A stretch of DNA of 64,000 nt. Source: Candidatus Harrisonbacteria bacterium. GTDB lineage: Bacteria; Patescibacteriota; Minisyncoccia; UBA6257; WO2-44-18. The notes under the pieces were generated by a model, which saw nothing but the letters and a program-made list of their open reading frames with translations, had not been told where the DNA came from and searched no databases. Where the stretch lies: positions 4,926 through 68,925 of the forward strand of contig JACOXP010000005.1 of NCBI GenBank assembly GCA_016182295.1, written 5' to 3'. This document shows, piece after piece, positions 46,943-55,971 of the stretch. Positions within the stretch are counted from its first letter, which is position 1; every line of letters starts with the position of its first letter. Position numbers and translations under genes: made by a program.

Positions 46943-47851
46943 ATGTGGATAACTAAATCACCGAAAATAACCTGGATCGACATTCTGAAACCCACAAAAG
47001 CCGACATCGATTTTCTCAAACAACAGCACAATTTTCACCCGATCATCCTTGACGAACTGCTCCACCTTTCCAATCGCTCCCGAGTGGAGTTCTATCAAGA
47101 TTATCTTTACCTCACTTACCATTTTCCTATTTACGACAGATCAATAAAAACTTCCCGCCGGGCCGAAGTTGACTTTTTAATTACTAAAGAAAAAATAATT
47201 ACCGTCCATTACGAAGATCTTGAAGCGATCGATACTTTCGCGCGCGCCATCAACAATAACGCGCATTTTAAAGCCAGAGCGACGCAAGACAGCGCCCGCG
47301 TTGTTTATTATATTATTCAGGAAATAATCCAATTTTCTTTGCATCAACTTCGCCACGTTGAAGATAATATAAGAAAAATCTCCCAGGAAATCTTTAAAGG
47401 ATACGAAACTCAACTTTTAGAAAAAATTTCTTACGCCAAACGGGAAATCTTGGATTTTAATGTTACCAGCGCGCCGCAAAAAATCTTATTGGAATCTTTG
47501 CTGGATGTTGGCAAGAAATTTTGGGGTGAAGAAGAACGAATTTATTTTGCCGATTTGGTCGGTGATTATTCCAAACTTACCCAACAAGTAGAAAATTATC
47601 GCGCTACCATTGAAGCGCTGGAAAGCACCAATGGCCAGCTATTAAACGCCAAAACCAACAGAGTAATGCAGCGTTTCACCATTCTCGCTTTTCTGACCTT
47701 CCCGATATTTCTATTCGTGTCGCTGGCCGAAGTAGAATTTATCAACACTTTTATCGCGGAAAATCCACTGCGCTTTTGGTCTATCTTGATCGGTGTAATT
47801 GTATTAGTATTTTCTTTAATAGCGATATTTAAGAAAAAGGGGTGGCTTTAA
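46943..47851 (+). CDS. CorA-like divalent cation transporter (no canonical GMN motif)
   Basis: 302 aa; CorA-like cytoplasmic domain and two C-terminal TM helices, but the loop reads ...LAEVEF... instead of YGMNF. Confidence 0.6.
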   Translation: MWITKSPKITWIDILKPTKADIDFLKQQHNFHPIILDELLHLSNRSRVEFYQDYLYLTYHFPIYDRSIKTSRRAEVDFLITKEKIITVHYEDLEAIDTFARAINNNAHFKARATQDSARVVYYIIQEIIQFSLHQLRHVEDNIRKISQEIFKGYETQLLEKISYAKREILDFNVTSAPQKILLESLLDVGKKFWGEEERIYFADLVGDYSKLTQQVENYRATIEALESTNGQLLNAKTNRVMQRFTILAFLTFPIFLFVSLAEVEFINTFIAENPLRFWSILIGVIVLVFSLIAIFKKKGWL

Positions 47852-47852
47852 A

Positions 47853-49244
47853 ATGTTGATATATAATACTTTATCCGGACAAAAAGAAAATTTAGAGAAG
47901 GCAAGCATCAATAAAAAAATTAGGTTGTTTGTCTGCGGCCCGACCGTTTATGATTATGCCCATATTGGCAACGCCCGCACCTATATTGCTTTCGATATAA
48001 TCGTCCGCTGGCTTCGCAAATCCGGCTGGAAAGTTTATTATCTTCAGAATATCACCGACATTGATGATAAAATTATCCGCCGCGCGGCCGAGGAAAACAT
48101 CTCTCCAGAAACGCTTGCAAGAAAATACGAAAAAATTTATTTATCCGATATGAAAACGCTCGGCATAAAATCAGTCACTAAATACGCCCGCGCGACTGAT
48201 CACATCAGGCAAATTATCAGGCAAATCCAAGCTCTTATTAAAAACGGCAACGCGTATGAAATTTCCGGCGATGGAATTTATTTCGATATTTCAACTTTCG
48301 CCAGCTATGGAAAACTTTCCAGACGCACCACCGAACAAGCGGAGGATTCCATCTCCCGCATAGATGAGAGTGTTAATAAAAAAAATAAAGGCGATTTCGC
48401 TCTTTGGAAACTAACGCGATCCGAAAAGCCTGCCTGGGATTCTCCTTGGGGACCGGGCCGGCCCGGCTGGCACATTGAAGATACTGCCATCACCGAACAT
48501 TATTTCGGTTCGCAATATGAAGTCCACGGCGGCGCTGTCGATTTAAAATTTCCTCACCACGAAGCGGAAATCGCCCAGCAAGAATCGGCTTCCGGAAAAT
48601 CCCCCCTCGCCAAAATCTGGATGCATACGGGGTTTCTGCTCGTAGGCGGAAAAAAAATGGCCAAAAGCGCCGGTAATTTCATCACCGTCAGAGATTTTTT
48701 AAAAAAATATCCCGTTTCAATTTCCCGTTACTTAGTCGCCGTCCATCATTATCGTTCCCCCATGGACTACTCCGATAAGCTTGCCCAACAAGCGGAGTCC
48801 GCCATCGACAATCTTTCCCAATTTGTTGCCAAACTTTCACTTGTGTACCGTGACGGCCGTCAAGAAACACAAGTAAAGGAGGATTTGCGAAAAGCCGGTG
48901 AAAGTTTTGAAACGGCAATGAACGATGACTTTAACACTCCGGAAGCGTTAGCGGCTATTTTTATCCTAGTTAACGAATTTCAAAAAAATTTCTGGGATCT
49001 CGGGAAAGCCGGCGCTAAAAAAGTTAAGAAATTTATAAAAGAGCGGCTTAACGATCTCGGTATCGAGCTTTTTTTACCAAAAGTTCCCTTTAAAATAAAG
49101 CAGATTGCCAAAAAACGGGAGTTATTCAGAGTTAATAAACAATTTGTTCAATCGGACAACTTGCGAAAAGAGATAGAACGGTTAGGATATGGGGTAGAAG
49201 ACACTCCAGCCGGACCGTTCTTATGGCCAAAAGGGAAGGATTAA
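47853..49244 (+). CDS. cysS: Cysteinyl-tRNA synthetase
   Basis: HIGNARTY (HIGH), KMAKS (KMSKS), Cys-binding GPGRPGWHIEDTA region. Confidence 0.9.
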   Translation: MLIYNTLSGQKENLEKASINKKIRLFVCGPTVYDYAHIGNARTYIAFDIIVRWLRKSGWKVYYLQNITDIDDKIIRRAAEENISPETLARKYEKIYLSDMKTLGIKSVTKYARATDHIRQIIRQIQALIKNGNAYEISGDGIYFDISTFASYGKLSRRTTEQAEDSISRIDESVNKKNKGDFALWKLTRSEKPAWDSPWGPGRPGWHIEDTAITEHYFGSQYEVHGGAVDLKFPHHEAEIAQQESASGKSPLAKIWMHTGFLLVGGKKMAKSAGNFITVRDFLKKYPVSISRYLVAVHHYRSPMDYSDKLAQQAESAIDNLSQFVAKLSLVYRDGRQETQVKEDLRKAGESFETAMNDDFNTPEALAAIFILVNEFQKNFWDLGKAGAKKVKKFIKERLNDLGIELFLPKVPFKIKQIAKKRELFRVNKQFVQSDNLRKEIERLGYGVEDTPAGPFLWPKGKD

Positions 49245-50578
49245 AATTACCACCGCAAAATATTGACGCCGAACAGTCAGTTCTCGGTTCTTTAATGGTT
49301 GATAAAAACGCGATTATTCAAGTGGCGGATGTTTTGCGTCCCAATGATTTTTATCACCCTCAAAACTCGGCGATCTACGAAGCAATTCTTAGTCTTTTTG
49401 AAAAAAGAAGACCGATTGATATTTTAAGCGTTACCACTGAATTAAAAGAGCGCAATATTTTAAAAGAAATTGGCGGATCGACTCATTTGAGTAAGTTGGT
49501 GGAAATGGTTCCGTCGGCGACTCACGTTCTTCACTATGCCAAAATGGTGCGGGACAAAAAAATTCTACGCGACCTCATCGCTACCTCCGCCGAAATTTCT
49601 GAAAAAGCATTCAACCCCGACGGAGAGCTTGACGAAACTCTTGACGAGATAGAACAGAAAATTTTCGCCATATCTCAACATTCTGTCCAGCAAAAGTTCA
49701 CTTTGATTAAAGAAGAACTTCCCAAGGCTTACGAACGTCTGGAAAAAATGCACAGCGGCGAACGGCCGCTTGGCGGAATTGGAACCGGTTTTTCAAAACT
49801 TGATTTTTATCTTTCCGGCCTTCGGAATTCCGATATGGTGGTCGTGGGCGCCCGCCCGTCGCTGGGTAAAACTTCTTTTGTTTTGGATATAGCCCGCCAC
49901 GCCGCTGTCAAAGAGCAAAAATCGGTTGGCGTCTTTTCGCTGGAAATGTCCAAGGATCAAATTATTGATCGTATTATCGCCGCTGAAGCGGAAGTGCCGC
50001 TTTCCACTTTGCGTACCGGCCGGGTCAAAAACGATACTGATTTTGAGTTGGTTCAGCGAGCTCTTGATTCTCTTTCCCGGGCGCCTCTTTTTATAGACGA
50101 CACGCCATCACCGAACGTTCTTCAAATGCGCTCCATGGCCCGAAGATTACAGGCGGAGCACGGTCTTGATCTTTTGATTGTCGACTATCTCCAACTGATT
50201 CAACCGAAGACCGGTTCCGACAATATAGTTCAGCAAATTACCGAAATTTCCCGCAATATCAAAGGACTTGCCCGCGAACTTAACGTGCCGATTATAGCCG
50301 TTTCCCAGCTTTCCCGAGGCGTGGAGCAAAGAGAAATTAAAATCCCCCGCCTTTCCGATCTTCGCGAATCCGGCTCCATCGAACAAGACGCGGACGTCGT
50401 TTTGTTTTTATATAGAAAAGATCGCGATAAATTAAGTCCCAGCCCGGAAGAACAAGGGATGGCCGAAATTATCATCGCCAAGCATCGCAACGGCCCGCTT
50501 GGCAGCGTTCAGCTTAAGTTTGATGAGCAAAAAACCACTTTCCGAAACCTAGACACCACCCACACCAATGTTGCCTGA
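49223..50578 (+). CDS. dnaB: Replicative DNA helicase DnaB
   Basis: 451 aa; N-terminal DnaB domain; Walker A GARPSLGKTSF; RecA-like core. Confidence 0.9.
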   Translation: MAKREGLKLPPQNIDAEQSVLGSLMVDKNAIIQVADVLRPNDFYHPQNSAIYEAILSLFEKRRPIDILSVTTELKERNILKEIGGSTHLSKLVEMVPSATHVLHYAKMVRDKKILRDLIATSAEISEKAFNPDGELDETLDEIEQKIFAISQHSVQQKFTLIKEELPKAYERLEKMHSGERPLGGIGTGFSKLDFYLSGLRNSDMVVVGARPSLGKTSFVLDIARHAAVKEQKSVGVFSLEMSKDQIIDRIIAAEAEVPLSTLRTGRVKNDTDFELVQRALDSLSRAPLFIDDTPSPNVLQMRSMARRLQAEHGLDLLIVDYLQLIQPKTGSDNIVQQITEISRNIKGLARELNVPIIAVSQLSRGVEQREIKIPRLSDLRESGSIEQDADVVLFLYRKDRDKLSPSPEEQGMAEIIIAKHRNGPLGSVQLKFDEQKTTFRNLDTTHTNVA

Positions 50579-51137
50579 TCCAATTAGAAAATTCGTCGAA
50601 ATTTTCGCCAAATTGCCCGGTATTGGCCCCCGCCAAGCAACTCGTATAGCTTTTCATATGGCTAACCAAGGCAAAAATTCCGTTTCCGAAGCGGCTAAAG
50701 CGGTTGCCGGCCTCGGAAACCTCTCAGTTTGCGCTTCCTGTTTTACCGCGACTCTGGCAAACAGCGTTTGCGCTGTTTGCTCCAACCCAAAACGCAATCC
50801 TAAAATTATAGCCGTGGTTGAAAAAGAAACGGATTTGACGTCCATAGAAAAAACCGGCAAGTTCGAAGGCCGTTATTTAGTTCTGGGCGAACTTAAAAAA
50901 GACGGTATTTTAAATGAAATGCAAAAATTGCGTCTAAAAACTCTTAAAAATGCCGATGAAATAATCATTGCCATTAATCCGACAACTTATGGAGATATTA
51001 ACGCTGAGATAATTTCCCAGGAATTAAAAAATTCTTCTAAAAAACTGACTCGACTGGGACGCGGTATTCCGACCGGCGGCGAAATAGAGTTTGCCGATGA
51101 AGCAACTTTGGAATCGGCGCTTGAACACCGAAAATAA
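50568..51137 (+). CDS. recR: Recombination protein RecR
   Basis: LPGIGPRQATRIAFH HhH motif, C4 zinc finger (CASCFTAT...CAVC), Toprim domain. Confidence 0.9.
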   Translation: MLPDPIRKFVEIFAKLPGIGPRQATRIAFHMANQGKNSVSEAAKAVAGLGNLSVCASCFTATLANSVCAVCSNPKRNPKIIAVVEKETDLTSIEKTGKFEGRYLVLGELKKDGILNEMQKLRLKTLKNADEIIIAINPTTYGDINAEIISQELKNSSKKLTRLGRGIPTGGEIEFADEATLESALEHRK

Positions 51138-51163
51138 TCCCCCGATATCGGGGGATTATTTTA
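51137..51163. terminator. Bidirectional intrinsic terminator shared by recR (+) and rplU (-)
   Basis: Perfect palindrome aatcccccgatatcgggggatt flanked by an A-run and a T-run; both stop codons lie within or next to the stem. Confidence 0.6.
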
Positions 51164-51464
51164 TTCCGGTAATTTCTACTTCGGTAAAATACTGTCGATG
51201 TCCCTTTTTCTTTCTTTCTCTGGTTTTGGAATGATATTTAAAAACTATAATTTTTTTACTTCTTCCCTGTTTGAGAATTTTGGCGGATACTTTAGAGCCG
51301 GCAATATAAGGGGTGCCGATTTTCACATTTTCGCCGTCCGCGAGCAATAAAACTTTATCGAAATCCAAAACGTCACCGTTGTTGGTTTCCAATTTCTCTA
51401 TTTTCACTTTTTGGCCGGGGGCAACCTTGTATTGTTTCCCGCCAGTTTCAATAACCGCAAACAT
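51156..51464 (-). CDS. rplU: 50S ribosomal protein L21
   Basis: MFAVIETGGKQYKVAPGQKVKIEKL canonical L21. Confidence 0.9.
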   Translation of the reverse strand: MFAVIETGGKQYKVAPGQKVKIEKLETNNGDVLDFDKVLLLADGENVKIGTPYIAGSKVSAKILKQGRSKKIIVFKYHSKTRERKKKGHRQYFTEVEITGIK

Positions 51465-51467
51465 ATT

Positions 51468-51785
51468 TTAATTGCTACTGATGATAACACCTATGGCCAT
51501 TAAAATCAATAAGGAAATAACCGCGGTAGAAAAAGAAATCAAGTTAGCTATAAATTGACTTCTTTTTTTTAAAGATAACGCCAGTACTAAATTAATGAAG
51601 AAAATAGCCCCTCCGGTAATTAGAATGGAAAGAGCGTCCCATTTGGATCCCAAGAAATTGATTCCCCGAAAAACGTCTATCCCAACAATTAAAAAATTGC
51701 CAGCATCATTGAAATTAAGGTAAAATAAGACAGCCGCTAGCGCCAACAGCGTGAAACTAAGAAAAAAAACTGGCTTTATCAACAT
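51468..51785 (-). CDS. Small three-TM membrane protein (hypothetical)
   Basis: 105 aa, hydrophobic; upstream of rplU on the same strand. Confidence 0.3.
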   Translation of the reverse strand: MLIKPVFFLSFTLLALAAVLFYLNFNDAGNFLIVGIDVFRGINFLGSKWDALSILITGGAIFFINLVLALSLKKRSQFIANLISFSTAVISLLILMAIGVIISSN

Positions 51786-51822
51786 TAAGTTTCAGTATAT
51801 CTTTAAAACAATCAAAGTAAAC

Positions 51823-52926
51823 ATGCGTATTGCTTATTTTATCGGAACGCTTAAAAAAGGAGACGGGGTCGCTAGAGTAGTGACCACGCTTGCCAGAGAG
51901 GCTCAACAAAGAGGCGTCGAAAGCGTTATCGTTACTGGTTTTGTGGAGAGCCAGTCTATTTCCCCGGTGCCCACGATATTAATCCCATCCGTAAAATTTC
52001 CTCTTTACAAGGAATATAAACTTCCTCTGCCCGGAATGGGCGGTTTTGAAAAAAAATTAAAAGAATTTAATCCGGATGTAATTCATATTCACAGTCCGGA
52101 TACGATAGCTTTCGCGGCTGCGAAATACGCAAAAAAATATAATGTGCCTATTTTCGCCACTCATCACACGGACTTTTCCCGCTATCTTTCTTACTATCAT
52201 ATCAATTTTCTCAATCCGGTTCTTTGGGCCATACTTCGCAGACTGTATTCGAAGGTAAGGATGGTAACCGTGCCATCCGATTGGACCAATCAAGATCTTA
52301 ACAATCATGGCATCAGAAACGTGACTACGGTTCCATGGGGAGTGGACTTTAAAAGTTTTGCCCCGTCGTTCCGAAGCGAACAGTGGCGTAAAAGTATTCT
52401 GAAACGCGGCGAACAGAAAATACTTGTATCAGTTTCAAGATTAACCTGGGAAAAAGATTTAAAAACATTAGCCGAAGCTTATAAGCTTTTACAGTCAGCC
52501 GGCAAAAAATTTCAAATGGTAATCGCTGGCGATGGTCCGGCTCGCAAAGAGTTTGAAGAAATGATGCCGGGGGCAGTTTTTTTGGGATATATTGACAAAG
52601 AAAAACTGTCCGAAGTTTTTGCTTCTTCGGATATTCTTCTTTTTCCATCCAGCACAGAAACTTTCGGCCAAGTTACTTTGGAGGCTATGGCCTCCGGCGC
52701 GGTTCCAGTAGTAGCTGATCAGGGCGGATCAGCGACGATAGTTGAAAACGGAAAAAACGGCCTCATTGCTCAAACTAAAAACCCGCAGAGTTTTTGTGAA
52801 AAAACACTGAATTTGCTTAATGATGAAAATCTTCTCAACAAAATGAAGAAGGCGGGATTGAAGTCCGCTAAACGTTATTCTTGGCCAAAAGTTTTAGACC
52901 AAATATTTGAGATATATAGAAATTAG
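51823..52926 (+). CDS. GT4-family (GT-B) glycosyltransferase
   Basis: Start at the internal Met MRIAYFIG; C-terminal E-x7-E-like region FGQVTLEAMASGAVPVV. Confidence 0.7.
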   Translation: MRIAYFIGTLKKGDGVARVVTTLAREAQQRGVESVIVTGFVESQSISPVPTILIPSVKFPLYKEYKLPLPGMGGFEKKLKEFNPDVIHIHSPDTIAFAAAKYAKKYNVPIFATHHTDFSRYLSYYHINFLNPVLWAILRRLYSKVRMVTVPSDWTNQDLNNHGIRNVTTVPWGVDFKSFAPSFRSEQWRKSILKRGEQKILVSVSRLTWEKDLKTLAEAYKLLQSAGKKFQMVIAGDGPARKEFEEMMPGAVFLGYIDKEKLSEVFASSDILLFPSSTETFGQVTLEAMASGAVPVVADQGGSATIVENGKNGLIAQTKNPQSFCEKTLNLLNDENLLNKMKKAGLKSAKRYSWPKVLDQIFEIYRN

Positions 52927-54083
52927 ATATCGAACTTTTTCACAAGTTCGTAAAAAATCGCTTTATCATTAACCTTGACCGGCTCGCCCGGCGGAACTTC
53001 GATATTGAATGGGTTAACCAAAGCCCCGAATTTGTGAATTTCATAGTGCAGATGCGGCCCGGTTGATTCTCCGGTAGAACCGACGTAACCGACCACCTGC
53101 CCCTGTTTAACTTTGGCGCCGACGCGAATACCTTTAGCCAAGCTTTGAAAATGACCGTAACGGCTACTGTACATTTCATTATGACGGACTAAAACCGATA
53201 TTCCGTACGGTCCGTTCCAACCAGCTTGAACCACCGTGCCATCACCAATGCTAACGGCGGGTGTGCCCGCGGGAGCGGCGTAATCAATTCCCCGATGAGG
53301 CGCCACTTTTTTTGTAACAGGATTAAAACGCGCGTAACTGAACCCGGAGCTAATATACCTATACTGAAGTGGCGCTTTCAAAAATTGTTTCTGCAATGCC
53401 TCGCCGTTTTCATCATAATGCCCTCCTTCGCTGTTTTCACTCTCAAACCAATATCCTTTGTAAACCGCTCCGTCATTAGTGAAACGAGCGGCTAAAATAT
53501 AGCCGGGCATTACATACTTGCCATCGAGCCAACGCTCTTCATAAATCGCCTCAAAGCTATCGCCCACTCGGATATCAGCAACAAAATCCACTTGCCAGGC
53601 AAACATTTCCGCGAGCGCCAAAGCAAGTCGCTCGTCGTAACCTTTATCTATTAAGGTTTGGTAAAGCGATGTCTCGATAACTCCGCTGACTTTGCCTTCC
53701 TTAATTTCATAGGCGATGGTTTCCCGAACCGCTTCCCATTGGCCGTTTTTATATTCGGCGATTAATTGCTCCTCGCTGTTGATTGAATAAGTTAACTTTT
53801 TCAAATTGCCGCCACTGATTGTGTCGTAAATTAACGCCAAGTCGCGGCCGCTGATGATTTTTCTAAAATCGTATTTTTCATCGGCGGCTGAAAGAATGCC
53901 TTCAACGGTGCCGTCCTGAGCGCCAACGCGGCGAATTATCTCCCCGAAAGTAATTCCTTCGGGAACTTGCAGACGAAGAGCGCGCTCCGAGGGGATTTCC
54001 GGGGTTGGAAGATTGACGTACCAAATCAAAATGCCGCCAACCAAGAATGCTCCTAAAAACAAAACTCTGCGCAAAAACCTCAT
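52923..54083 (-). CDS. M23 family metallopeptidase (cell-wall endopeptidase) with signal anchor
   Basis: HRGIDYAAPAGTPAVSIGDG and GPHLHYEI motifs (HxxxD / HxH). Confidence 0.8.
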   Translation of the reverse strand: MRFLRRVLFLGAFLVGGILIWYVNLPTPEIPSERALRLQVPEGITFGEIIRRVGAQDGTVEGILSAADEKYDFRKIISGRDLALIYDTISGGNLKKLTYSINSEEQLIAEYKNGQWEAVRETIAYEIKEGKVSGVIETSLYQTLIDKGYDERLALALAEMFAWQVDFVADIRVGDSFEAIYEERWLDGKYVMPGYILAARFTNDGAVYKGYWFESENSEGGHYDENGEALQKQFLKAPLQYRYISSGFSYARFNPVTKKVAPHRGIDYAAPAGTPAVSIGDGTVVQAGWNGPYGISVLVRHNEMYSSRYGHFQSLAKGIRVGAKVKQGQVVGYVGSTGESTGPHLHYEIHKFGALVNPFNIEVPPGEPVKVNDKAIFYELVKKFDI

Positions 54084-54110
54084 TGCTCCCTATACTAACC
54101 CAAACTTTGA

Positions 54111-55349
54111 TTATTCTACAATAATCGTTCCTTTTGCTGATGGACCAAGGTGATTGTGGTAGTTAATAGTGCCCGATTCGGTAAAGGTAAACTTATAAGC
54201 CCCGCCTGGTTCTAAACGTCCTGATTCAAAAGCTGGGAAACTGGTGTGCACCGGGTGCGGATCGGAAGCGATCCACATTGGCCCGGGACCATTGTTTACA
54301 AAAGTAAGCTCATCCCCAATTTCCACTCTCATGGTTGTTGGAGTAAAAACACCGCTTTTAAAAGTAACTAGGTTATCCTCTACGCTCTCTTCTTTCTGAC
54401 CCTCTCCGTTTAAATGCAATTCCGCTTTCACGGCAACTTCAACTTTTGCTTCTTGGGCTTCGCGGTGAGCTTCCTGAAAGATTCGAAATGCTTCGGCGTA
54501 AGCCCCGGTTTCCATTTTTAACTTTCCTTCCGCGACTAAATCCTCCGCTTTTTTCAATTTCGTTTCAGCGGCGGATTTTACCTCGGCGCTTACTTCTGAT
54601 TTAGCGATAAACTCGCGAACCTCAGAAATTTTCTTCTCGGTCGCTTTCAATTTCCCCTCAGCGGCTGTTTGGGATTCTGGATTAGAAAGCTTGGATTCCA
54701 CTTCCGCTCTTATACCGGCGGTTTTAACAGCGTGGGTTTTAATCTTTTCCGCAAGCAGTTCAACTTCACCATTTTCGGTTTCGGAAATCCTTGCTAAAAT
54801 CTTCGCGTGAGCGTTGATCGCGGTCTCCAGGCCGGAAATTACTTCCGCGGCCGCTTGAATTTTATCATTAGCTTCAAGTTCGGCGATTCTTTCTTCAACA
54901 CGCTTGGCAAACTCCTCGAACCTTTCTTCCAGACGCTCCCGTTTTTCCATATCAAGCTCGCCTTTCGCCGCTAATTTTTCGGCTTCTTCAAGGCGGCGTT
55001 CGGCTCGGCGCGCTTCCCATTGGGCTTTTGCTTCGGCGGAAACAGACAAGGCCGATCTTACTTCCTCGTTAATATTCACTTTAATGTTATAAAGAACGTC
55101 GCCGGGCAGGGCGTTTTCAGCCGCTAACGACACTCCGCCTCCGACCAGCGCGCTAATTACTAATACTGCTGCGATTATTGGCATAAATTTTAAATAATAA
55201 TTATTATAATTAAACGACTTTTGTAATACCTGACGACTGGTATCTTTTAATCTTACAATGCTTTCTAAGTTTTGACGAATATGGTTTTTCTCCACAGCCT
55301 CCAAATGGATATTTTTCGCTTTATTAAAAAATTTTTCTAGATTATTCAT
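54111..55349 (-). CDS. Putative anti-sigma factor: TM + DUF5667-like coiled-coil region + C-terminal cupredoxin-like domain
   Basis: 412 aa; LPGDVLY motif after the TM; long Ala/Glu/Lys-rich helical region; C-terminal beta domain ...GGAYKFTFTESGTINYHNH...GTIIVE. Overlaps the ECF sigma gene by 8 nt. Confidence 0.45.
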   Translation of the reverse strand: MNNLEKFFNKAKNIHLEAVEKNHIRQNLESIVRLKDTSRQVLQKSFNYNNYYLKFMPIIAAVLVISALVGGGVSLAAENALPGDVLYNIKVNINEEVRSALSVSAEAKAQWEARRAERRLEEAEKLAAKGELDMEKRERLEERFEEFAKRVEERIAELEANDKIQAAAEVISGLETAINAHAKILARISETENGEVELLAEKIKTHAVKTAGIRAEVESKLSNPESQTAAEGKLKATEKKISEVREFIAKSEVSAEVKSAAETKLKKAEDLVAEGKLKMETGAYAEAFRIFQEAHREAQEAKVEVAVKAELHLNGEGQKEESVEDNLVTFKSGVFTPTTMRVEIGDELTFVNNGPGPMWIASDPHPVHTSFPAFESGRLEPGGAYKFTFTESGTINYHNHLGPSAKGTIIVE

Positions 55350-55848
55350 TGAATATTTCTTTAATTTGTTTTAACCCTCGGTGCAATCTTACGGAAATGT
55401 TATTCTCGCTTTCTCCGGTTATTTCAGAAATCTCTTTCGGAGTCAGATCGTCAATATATTTCATCAAAACAACGTCTCGATATTTCGGATCCAATTTTTC
55501 GATAATTTTTAATATTCCCGCGGCTTCCGTATTCGCGATTATTCGTGAATCCGCGTTGGCGCTCATAACATCAAAACCGTTTTCTTCCCGCATTTTATCA
55601 AGCGAAACGGGTTTTTTACGGCGCGATTCATCAATGATTAAATTGTTGGCCACTTTATATAAAAAGGCTCTGGCGTTGCTGAATTTTCCTCCACGAGCGG
55701 CGTATTCCAGAGTTTTGGTAAAAGTTTCCTGAGTTAACTCTTTAGCCCGTTCCCGATCGAAAATTCTAAAATAGCAATGCCGAAAAATGGCATCCGCAAA
55801 TTCATCGTAAACCTTCATAAATTGAGTGTTTGCGTCCAATGGGTCCAT
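55342..55848 (-). CDS. ECF-type RNA polymerase sigma factor (sigma-70 family)
   Basis: 168 aa; region 2 (DANTQFMKVYDEF...FRHCY) and region 4 (LTPKEISEITGESENNISVRLHRGLKQI). Confidence 0.85.
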   Translation of the reverse strand: MDPLDANTQFMKVYDEFADAIFRHCYFRIFDRERAKELTQETFTKTLEYAARGGKFSNARAFLYKVANNLIIDESRRKKPVSLDKMREENGFDVMSANADSRIIANTEAAGILKIIEKLDPKYRDVVLMKYIDDLTPKEISEITGESENNISVRLHRGLKQIKEIFNE

Positions 55849-55935
55849 CCTATCTGACGTAATAATTAACCTGATCTTACGTCGTAAATCAAGGCATTAA
55901 ATATAACCCATATGGGCAATAAATTATACCCCGTA

Positions 55936-55964
55936 TTGACATAAAAATTCTGTTGTATTATAAT
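55936..55964 (+). promoter_or_regulatory. Consensus sigma70 promoter TTGACA-N17-TATAAT, 7 nt upstream of the ATG (probable leaderless mRNA)
   Basis: -35 at 55936-55941, -10 at 55959-55964, ATG at 55972; no Shine-Dalgarno sequence between. Confidence 0.5.
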
Positions 55965-55971
55965 ATCTCCT

